A DNA stretch of 64,000 nt, from NCBI GenBank assembly GCA_904063045.1, contig CAJFCJ010000012.1, positions 2,046,001 to 2,110,000 on the forward strand, read 5' to 3'. This document shows positions 37,951-47,759 of this stretch, one piece after another; within the stretch, counting starts at the first letter, position 1, and each line of letters starts with the position of its first letter. Made by a program: the position numbers and the translations under genes. This stretch comes from Dimorphilus gyrociliatus. Lineage: Eukaryota; Animalia; Annelida. Under the pieces are notes generated by a model. It did no database searches, had not been told where the DNA came from, and saw only the letters and a list, made by a program, of their open reading frames with translations.

Positions 37951-40900
37951 TTAAAAAGGAAAGTCATTGGCATAATTAGAAAAAATCCACTTTTTTTGGG
38001 GAACGTTTGTACATGGTTCCATATATAGACGGTTGTTTCTGCCAGCTGTTAAACATTTCCTTGAAGAAGTATCTTCCAAGTAACCGTTTCTTAAATGACG
38101 CCATCGTATAGCGTGTTTTGCTTCGCAATCAACTGTTGTAATTGAAATTCCTCTTGTCCTCTTCCCAATACATAAATCAATAGCTTCAATGAGACCATTT
38201 TTCGTTAATCTTAAGATTTGACTATTGCCACTACCGTGACAAGGATATAAGATTATAATTCCCTTATTGTTTTGAGTATCAATACAATTAAGATATCTTG
38301 CGTTTTTTATAGTTCCTGAGGCCATGGGATTCATTTCGGGTACCCTTATTTCTGGAACAACGTTCTTTAAATACCAGCCGAACGAATGGCATTTTAAGTC
38401 TTTCTTTAACTTCAATCTATCTTCAACGTTACCGAAAGACCAAGATTTTAATTCGGGATTCAAAGCGTAAAAGGCTTTCTTATATTTATCTAGCCAAACC
38501 TCCGCAACCCGGATGTTATTCTTCATAAAAGTCCTCATATTACCCTTTGGGAATTTGTAAGGTTGACTCTTTCTGAAAATATGAGCCACTCTGGAACATG
38601 GCATGATTAAAAGAGTACCACCGCACATCCATGTCTTGAAAGATAATTCTAAATTCTCTGCGCCCCAAATTTCAAGTCCTGGATCGTAAAAACCCAATCT
38701 TCGAAAGAAGGACTTATCAATCGAAAACAATCCTCCAGCCATGGTTGGAGACCTAATACTTTCCATATTGGATTTACGTCTTCTAACTTCGTATTGGGGT
38801 ACGCCTTTCCACCTAAAAGTCATATGCCAATCGAAACTACCCCTGATATTAGTGCCAGTTGGAATAATCCTAGAAGATAATAATTCCAGAGATAATCATG
38901 CGTTGACAAAAGAGTGTTTATATTAATCTTTTTAAATGTCACTTACTGAAAAGAACTAGCGTGAATGGTATCAATAATAGGACAAACGACGGTTGTTCTG
39001 TTTTTCCAGATTTCAAAGAGTAATGGTTCCAACCAGCCCACTGCACATTCGACATGGGAATCGAGAAAAGTAAGCGTCGGAGCTGTTGAAACTCGAACTC
39101 CTTCTAATCTGGCTCGAATTAGTCCCACCCTTTTCTTTAATCGAAGTATCTTTACTTTCTCTAGTTTAGACATATATCTATCCAGTTTGTCCTTAAGATA
39201 TTCTATGAAAATATTTAAAAATACGTCAGTCAAACAACTAATTTGTTTGTTATGTATAGAATGTATGTTAGTTGGCTAGATATGTTTGTTTTGTTTGGTC
39301 GTTACGTATATTATATAAACCTAATAACCTCTTTGACTGTTGTCGTCCACTAAAATCACCTCTTTTATTAATTCGGTGGGAGATCTATTTAATACACTAT
39401 GAACAGTTCTTAATAATGTCGACCAACTCTCTTCTGTAAAGCATATTATAACAGAAGTTTGAGGCAGTTCCTCGTAAGGGAAGAGCTGTTTCCTGCACCT
39501 GTATGTATATATAGAAAAAATCGAAGAAATAAGAACGTTAACTGATTCAAAATCTATATTTTACGAGTCTGAAGACAGCAAATGAATACGTAAAAATGAG
39601 AGAAGTCGGTGCAACAGGAAAAATAAACAAAAGTACGAATTCAGAGAGATGATTTAAGGAGAACAAAGTAAAATACAGACGGGGAGAAAGAGAGAGAGAA
39701 AGGACGAGAGGGCGAGAGGGAGAGAAAGACACACACGATCATAGTTGCACGTACGCTCAGAGACGTACAAGGGGAAACTGAGATAGAGAGCAACACAAGA
39801 AAAGATACGAGAAAAATTCAGAGAACGAGAGAGACGCCCTCGCAAATCCATACGTCTACGTAATTAAAAGCGTAGAAGAGAACGACCCACTTGTATTTAA
39901 TTATATGCAAGTATTTTCCTCTCTCGCCCCTCCGTCGCAGTTTGTCTCGCAACATGAGCCGGAGAGGACTGTTTGCTTTTTATCTCTTAACTTTAGCGAC
40001 GGCCCTTCCTCTCAAGTCGGAAATGGGTCCGAGGCAATTGGCAGAGTTGGCAGAAGCCCTTGAAAAATTCCAGAAGGTATCAGCGAAGGATCCGGAAAAC
40101 AGTAAATTGATTTTTATTATCTAATTTAATGACCCATTTATTTGATTAATAAAGTTAAAATCTTCTTTCTATTAGCAATATACTAAAATACTTTATCGGC
40201 ATTAGCTTACAATATACCATACTGCAAAGTTTTTTATCTCTTATCATCCCTTTTATTTTCGTTTATTATTTTTTTTTCATCTCTGTCTAGATACAATTGA
40301 TAAAGGACCGCAAAAGACTGAAGGAGGACTATCAAAGGACACTCTTTCTAAACTTATGAGCGCATTAATGGATGACCGCGATCGTCGGGCTTTTGATGAA
40401 CCCATGAAAAGGGATGCCTACGCTGATTTTTTTCGACGTCTAGAAAGTTTAAGGAGGGGTGGTCGTTTGGGACAGAAAATGATAAGTCTTCGCTGGGGTC
40501 TAGGAAAGTAGTTAAGATTGGAGAAAAGAACTTCTACAAACCCAGGATCCCTCGCATCTTTTAGGGATCTTTCGACGGATATACGATTGCTGACGAATTC
40601 GTTGAAAGACGCTGACCTCCAGCCAGCCTTAACACGTTCGTCGTTTTGGTTCGACGTCACACCACGGCCCATTTCTCCTGGACCGTTCCTATCGGCCAGT
40701 AAAGTCCTTCTATCCACATTTCTAACCTGTATTTATTATTGAAAATATTTCCGCTTTTTTAATACATATAGGGAAATAATTTACTTCTTCCCATGTATTT
40801 TCTTCTGCGAAGCTTTCCTCTTCAAAATTATTAGTCACAGTAGTAACGCTGCCTGATGCTTGTTCCTTTCTTACTACATTCTCTAGCGGATATACTCCGT

Positions 40901-40991
40901 AGAATATGTAAATATCGAGAACTAACCAGAAAGCACTTGTGACAAATATAGCCATCACTATTTTGGTTTTTGTTAATCTATCTCTAGCCAT
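37951..40991 (-). CDS. Polypeptide N-acetylgalactosaminyltransferase (GALNT family, GALNT5-like motif)
   Basis: Type II TM N-terminus, [63 protein letters not shown]-terminal ricin lectin domain. Exons include 40991-40785, 40726-40542 and one starting at 39498. Confidence 0.95.
39660..39840. repeat. Degenerate GA-rich tract upstream of the nested neuropeptide gene
   Basis: Interrupted GAGA runs seen directly. Confidence 0.7.
39954..40511 (+). CDS. Putative neuropeptide precursor (122 aa), nested antisense in the GALNT intron
   Basis: Exons 39954-40101 and 40291-40511 with a phase-1 GT-AG intron. Signal peptide [17 protein letters not shown], dibasic sites RR/KR/RR/RR, C-terminal amidation signal ...SLRWGL-GK-stop. 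Confidence 0.82.
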
Positions 40992-41534
40992 CTTGTTTTT
41001 TGTTTTTGTACAAAAGAGATAAACTTATTGTTTATCTTCCTCTTGCTTCTTTACTTTTCTTGAACAGATTCGGTTAATCTCTTGGCTCTGTATCTGCCTA
41101 AGAAATATTTAAAGTTCTTATGAAAATGTCTGCTTAAACAATCGATTCCTTCCAGCTGCATTGTAATTTCATTATAAACAGATGTGAATTGTATAGATTT
41201 ATACCATTTTATCAACTCTTTTTGCTGTATTTCTTCATATTTAACAATCATAAAACAATCTTTACTGTTAATTCTCTCCGAAAGCTTTTCATATTCCCTT
41301 CCCCTTTACGATCCTGGTCTAGATTCTCTAGTCGCTCGCAATTAAATACCCTATAGAGTACCGAAGACGTGCGACTCCTCCGGTAAGAGAATATCTAAGA
41401 AGATGACCAACAATGAAACGTTACTGCCCTCAGGTAATCTATACTTTTACCCTTGAAAAACTGATAGCCACTTCTTATTTAACGCTACATAAATAACCCA
41501 TAACGTTCTCCTTCAACGCAAAGTAGATTTTACA

Positions 41535-41824
41535 AAGAGAAAAGAGAGATAGAGATGGAGAGAGAGAGAGGGTGAGAGAGAGTGAGAGAAGAAAAAGTAT
41601 CTAACACCTGTTTCATAGACAAAATTGGTTAGATACACATATATTCATATGTTTGTATGTATGTTTGTTTGTATACGTATTGCGCATATACATTACACGA
41701 ATAGAATAATCATTAATCTACTAATGAGTAACTACTTGATTAAGTGATTTTTTAATGTCAAAAGAGACATATAGAGATAAAGAGAGAGAGAGAGAGAGAG
41801 AGAGGGAGGGAAGAAGAGGAGAGA
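41535..41824. repeat. Two (GA)n-rich tracts (about 41535-41597 and 41781-41824)
   Basis: Direct inspection. Confidence 0.85.
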
Positions 41825-42588
41825 TAAATATTAAAACCAAAAAGAATAAAATACACTAAATTTAATTAGTATGAGAATGAATATAATGACTAGTAATCGC
41901 TAAACCCTACTCTATTGTGTTCTCATCTTAAATCTAATCTTATTCAATATACAAACAATAAATGATTAGAAATTTGGTCTATAAATAGTATATAGGTCTA
42001 TTTTTTTTACTATACTTGTACTATACACTAATATATATATATATATAAATGCATTTTTTAATATATTACTGTAGTAGTAAAAGCTTATTTTTTCTTTCTA
42101 TATATATATACATACCAATATATAACCCTTTTAAGTAATAGTTTTAATATTTTTTTTTTGGCCTATTTACTTTATTTTAAGATTTTGTCATTAAAATTAT
42201 CACAAGTTATCTTATCAAATATAGATAATATCTTTAATAATATTTCTATTATTGACATTGATACTCTTTCTTTAATTATAGAGATATATACAATATATAT
42301 ATATATATAAATGAAGAGTTTTGAAATTATACAACTCGATATTTGTAAAATATAGTTGTTATTGCGTTTATGTATTTAATTTCGCAATCATTTCGCAAAC
42401 AAACACAAGAAAGTTGGTCATAACCATATTTTATGTCGGATTTTCCGGTATTTTATACTTACACTTTCTGAAAGTTACTTAATGTCTTTTAATGTTATTA
42501 TTTAACATAAATTGCTATTTAAAATTATTAAATCGTTCGAAATGTAAAGCAAAGTGTTAATTTTACGATAGATTTATGGTAAAAACCG

Positions 42589-42661
42589 TTTTCCCGCGAA
42601 ACTATGTTTATCAAAAATAAAGACTACTAGCGACACCTGATGACGTCAGCGCTGTGACTCA
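42589..42661 (+). promoter_or_regulatory. E2F, CRE and AP-1 motif cluster upstream of the caspase
   Basis: TTTTCCCGCGAAA at 42589-42601, TGACGTCA at 42641-42648 and TGACTCA at 42655-42661, 110-180 bp upstream of ATG 42769. Confidence 0.5.
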
Positions 42662-42768
42662 CTATGGGATCTATCAAAGAAAAGTCTCATATTTGTTCGG
42701 ATTTTTAATTCGTCAAAGCAGAATTGTGTCGTTTTTTAGCACATTTACAACGATTTACACTCAGAAAA

Positions 42769-43765
42769 ATGACAGACAAAACAGACGCAAAACCTGACTT
42801 CCAACAGATTAATAAAAGATCAACTGACCATGAAGACGCTCGGTAAATATGACGTTTTCTTCTATTCTAGTCATCTTAACCATCTTTCCTCTACAAAGCA
42901 CATATAGGGCGGCGGGAGAAGATTTGCGTGTTTCTGATGAATACCCTATGACTAGTTCCAGAAGAGGACGATTCATCATTATAAACAATGTGAACTTTTT
43001 AGGAAGAACTGGAATGAATACTAGAGAAGGTTCAGATAGAGATGCTATCTCTTTGAAAATGAGATTTAAAGCTCTAGATTTTGATGTTGTGGTTTATAAA
43101 GATCAATCCACGGCCCAAATGGAAAAGATTTTCGGAGACGCTGCCGCCAATGTTGATTACAATAGGAGGGCCGATTGTTTTGGGTGTGCCTTACTCTCTC
43201 ATGGAGATCATGGAATTATCTATGGTATCGATGGTTTTATAGAAATAGAAAAGTTGACTGAACCATTTAATGGTGATAAGTGCAAAGAACTCGCTGGAAA
43301 ACCAAAAATCTTTCTTATTCAAGCTTGTCGCGGAACAAAATTCGATAGCGGTGTTGAGATTGCAGACAGTGAAGCAGTTAATCCAGGTGCTGATGATATT
43401 TTTAAAAATAGAACTTTCAAGATTCCTGCCCTTGCGGATTTTGTCTTTGCATACTCAACTGTGCCCGGTTACTTTTCATGGAGAAATTCTAGAGAGGGTT
43501 CATGGTTTGTTCAAGCTATTACTACTGTTTTTGAAGTAAGAAATAATAAATACTGTTCAATTGACTTAACCAACTAAAAATTCTTTCTTCATTTCAGAAA
43601 TACTGTGACGAAAAGGACCTACTCTGGATGCTTACAAGAGTTAACTACGAAGTAGCGTACAAGTTCGAGTCTAAAACGAATCAAGAAAGTATGAGGCAAA
43701 AGAAACAGATTCCTTGCATTACGTCAATGCTTACAAAAGACCTTTACTTTCGCCGCAAATATTGA
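42769..43765 (+). CDS. Effector caspase (caspase-3/7-like)
   Basis: Three exons; short prodomain, RGRFIIINN, REGSDRD, LLSHG, active site QACRG, SWRNSREGSWFVQ, QIPCITSMLTKDLYF. Confidence 0.95.
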
Positions 43766-43910
43766 TAAATACACAAATTATAGTAATTTATGAAAATCGT
43801 TGATATAATAAATGAGAGAGAGTTTGTATTGAAGTATAGTATACAAGCTCGACTTATGAATTAGTTCAATAATATTAAATGATTAAAAAGCCAAATGTTA
43901 AGATAAGTTT

Positions 43911-44871
43911 TTAATAATTCCCTGGTTTAAATTTTAATATCTTTGTCATATAACTCAATATAGATGGAATTTGTTTCTTTCCATTTAAGTTGGGATCCTT
44001 TGTGTTTGATTCATATGTAGCAACTTTTTCGCAGACTAATGCTAACATTTTCATTAAATCCATTGAGTCGGAATATTCCTGAAAGAAATAATTACTAGAT
44101 ATTTTTCGGACATGAATCATAAATTTAACTCTTTACCTCAAAAATTGTTGTAATAGCCTGTATAAAAACAGATCCTGTTTCATTTCTCCACGATACGTAA
44201 TCACTAAAGCAAGAATATGCAAAAATGAAGTCCGAAAACACAAGTTCTCTATAGGTTTCAGCGATTTCGGAAGCTCTGCTAATAAATGTTCCACATCCCT
44301 CCGATACAGCATCTGTACATTCAATTCTAGCACCATCATCGTATAGTAGTCCTCTGCATGTCTGAATTATGAAAATTTTAGGCTTTCCTATTAGTTCAGG
44401 GCAATTTTGACCATCAACTAAAGCGGCTAACTCATTTATTCTGATAATATTATCAGTTCCATAGACTGCTCCTAAAGTGCCATGAGTAAGGATAGCACAA
44501 CCGAAACAATCTGATTTCAAATTAAAAGACTTTCGTTTAGCAGCATCCTGTAAAATGCTTCGCATGCCTGATACCGTCTCATCTCTAAATTCTTTAACTT
44601 CGAAACCTAGACTTTCGAAAAGATTCTGTAATTTTAAACTATCACTGTCTGATCCGACTCGAGTTTCTTGTTTAGTTACTTCTTTAAAGTTCACATTATT
44701 TATAATGATAAACTGCCCTCGTGGCTTAGATGTCATCTCATACTCCACATGGCTTAATCTATTGTAAAGATATAAAAGACAATATACGGTATATTGTATA
44801 AGCTATTGTTATTACTTGCAAGAATTCTCACAATCAGTTAGTTTTATTTTGTCGAATAGTTTGTCATTCAT
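43911..44871 (-). CDS. Second effector-type caspase with QTCRG active-site variant
   Basis: Exon from ATG 44871 (MNDKLFDK) splices in phase 2 to ...EYEMTSKPRGQFIIINN, RVGSDSD, ILTHG, IIQTCRG, SWRNETGSVFIQ; last exon KKQIPSILSYMTKILKF. Confidence 0.88.
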
Positions 44872-45108
44872 ATCCTGTTTAGCTGAAAGATCGAAACGAA
44901 TATTAGCTGAAAAATTAAGAAATGGCTGCTACTTTCGTTTTACATTTATAGGTGTATTTATAGGTGTCACTAGTGTATACAGAATATTCGCTTGTTTCAT
45001 TAATGAAAATTTCCTTTTTTTAATTATTTGTTTGTAAATTCATTTCAGACATGATTTATTCAAAGATAATTTAAGCAAGCGATTATGAATGCTTTTTTTT
45101 CTATCAAC

Positions 45109-46229
45109 TTAAACGCAGAAGGCACCCTGTGGAATTACTGGTGAGGCAGTCAGATCAATATTCATCTGCTTCATAAAAACTGCTTGTTCGAATAAGAATT
45201 CGTAGCATTCTGACCTGTTAATACAAGAAGGACTAATTCAAAATTTTGTTCTTTTGTTTTTTATAAAAAATAAATTTCGGGTTTACATAGTTTTTGCTTC
45301 TTGCCAGGTAGATCCCCAAATATAAAATCCGTGTCTTCTGACAAGCACACAGCACGTATCTGGATAAGCTTTCATTGCTCGTGCCATTACCTCTTCTAGT
45401 TCGCATTCAAACGGTGTATTCTCAATAATAGGTACAGTAATAGTATCATGATAATTATATTTTTTTCCTGAAAAATAGCTTAGTCAACACAAATCAACAT
45501 ACAAAGTTAAGTGATTAGAAAAGTTTACCAGTAGAGTCTCTTTTCAATCCCTTAATCATTTCAATATGGGATATTTTAAATTCATAGCCTGGTGTTATCA
45601 AGGTTACTTTAACAGCAGCTGCAGAGTGAGCATGAATAATAGCTCCAGCGTCTACGAATAAGACAGGCAAAGATAATATATAAATATATATTGTTTACAT
45701 AAAGTACTTAAATTTTACTTACTTCTTAAGCGGTACGCATTCATAAAGAGTGGTGTACATTGACTTTTCTTTAATTTTTTCTCAGATGGAGGAAGATATA
45801 TATCTTTTCCTTCTATATCTTGAACAAATATATCTTCTAGCTGTATTTATTTATACAGAATAATATATTAATAGATTTAATTGGTATTTAATGAATATGT
45901 GCTAGATGCTAACTTCAATTTTCTCTTTTTGAACTCCAGATGGAGCAATGAAAATTTCATTTCTAAAATATATAAAGGATATCAAACTGTATTTTTCAAT
46001 ACTTCATTCCATACCCTTTACGAATACTTATTCCTCCACCAGTTCCAGTGCACCAGCCGATAGAGTAGAAAAGTTTACACAAGTCGATAATTAGTTGTTT
46101 TGGGTCTTCTTCATTTGGTATGGCAGTATTTCCCTTGAAAAAAATTAAGCTTGATAGCCAGTTGTTTCTTATTATCATCAGCTTTATACTTACGATGCTT
46201 CCTTTATTTTTTGAGTCATTACTATCCAT
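45109..46229 (-). CDS. APIP: Methylthioribulose-1-phosphate dehydratase (APAF1-interacting protein, MtnB)
   Basis: [91 protein letters not shown]. Confidence 0.93.
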
Positions 46230-46375
46230 ATTCAAGTTATTTTATGTTGTCACGATAGCAGAAAATATAAATTGGACACTGTTTTAATAAGTGGATGCAT
46301 TTTTGATAAACCATGTGATTCTCTATTCTCTTTCGACCTTATCAATGTATCATGTTTTCAATTACAATATAAATT

Positions 46376-46382
<7 letters not shown>

Positions 46383-46412
<30 letters not shown>
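46383..46412. repeat. (TA)n microsatellite
   Basis: Perfect TA run; similar shorter or interrupted TA runs occur near 17975, 37240-37325, 42030 and 63130. Confidence 0.95.
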
Positions 46413-46419
<7 letters not shown>

Positions 46420-47759
46420 CTATTCTACCATTGTCATAATAACTCAATAGGTAAATTTATAGAAAGTGTTTTCATAAGAAAATATATTTTTGAATAACAA
46501 GACAGAAAGTGAAAGTGATAAACTGTATATCGTAAGCCTTACGATTGTATTGTAACAAAGAATAAATATCTAAAAGTATGAGAGAGTGGAAATTTAATGT
46601 ACTGTATAAATTACATATATATATAGAAATATATATTCAGTATTTTATATATATACATGTATGTAATGACAAAATAAGAATTCGAACAAACTTTACTTTG
46701 TCGAACATTCTTTTTTGTTTATTTATATACAGTATAAACAATATATTTTCTTTCGTTTCTTCTTTCTTCCTTTATTTTCAATTCCTTAACACTGGGAATA
46801 GAAATTAAGTATTCTATTCCCTTTTGTCAACGAACAGCTTGACAAAATATAATCTCCTTCAAAACTTTAAAAAATTAATAGCGTTGGAGAGACAATCAAT
46901 GATGAAGGCACCAACAGTTATCTTTGTAAACAAGTAGGATACAGCCAGATTTAATAGTAGATTTGATTCAAATGTAACAGTATATATAAATATTCCAGAT
47001 ATTAAACCCGCAAGGAAAGCTTTAGATATTCCATTCATTTCGAGAAAATGCAAGTGTGAAGTTAAATGCAGACATATGCTCATTTATATTGATTAATCAT
47101 AAAAAAGATATTGTAGATTCTCAATATGTTACTTTGCTGTAGTTATCTTTAAAGAGTCGAATGCCCAATGATAATTTGCTATCCCTATGCTCTTCTGTTG
47201 AATAGATTAGTGTCAAATAACAGAACTTCTAAACTATTCTCTATCTGTTTTCTTTCATTTTTTGTTTGATTCAGACGCTACATAAGTATTAATATATTCT
47301 ATTATATTTTTTTTATTTTTATCAAAAGGATCTTTTAGCCGGAGAAGCTCATTTTTATGAAAATCGTTTTTTAATTTTTATAGAATGTTGGAAATTGTTC
47401 TTCTAATAGATGGAAAAATAACTTTCTGTAGGATATTAAAATAATAGGAAAAACTTTAATAATAATAATATTCTTAAGAGTACTAGTATTGCGTAAATTT
47501 ATGGAAAAGAACGCAAGAATCAATGTTCTTTCGAATTTTGGCGAAATATTCCTTCGCAAGGCGGCACCTGTATTATCGGCTGCTCATTGCTTCTTCTCAT
47601 AATCTCTGGTACTTCTATTATTCACTGATTCTTGAAACAAGATAGAAAAGAAGGATTTTAAAGGCAATAGACAAGTTCTGCTACTACAAAAAAAACTTAA
47701 TATTTTACTCTTATTTTTTCATTTGGATATTTTTCCCTAACTCTAAAAGAAATAGTAAA

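Noticed and set aside
46578-47700. Short ORFs between APIP and BRIP1 (including hydrophobic 46859-47083 minus)
   Set aside because: Several splice models on both strands all hit stops; may be a decayed gene or AT-rich noise.
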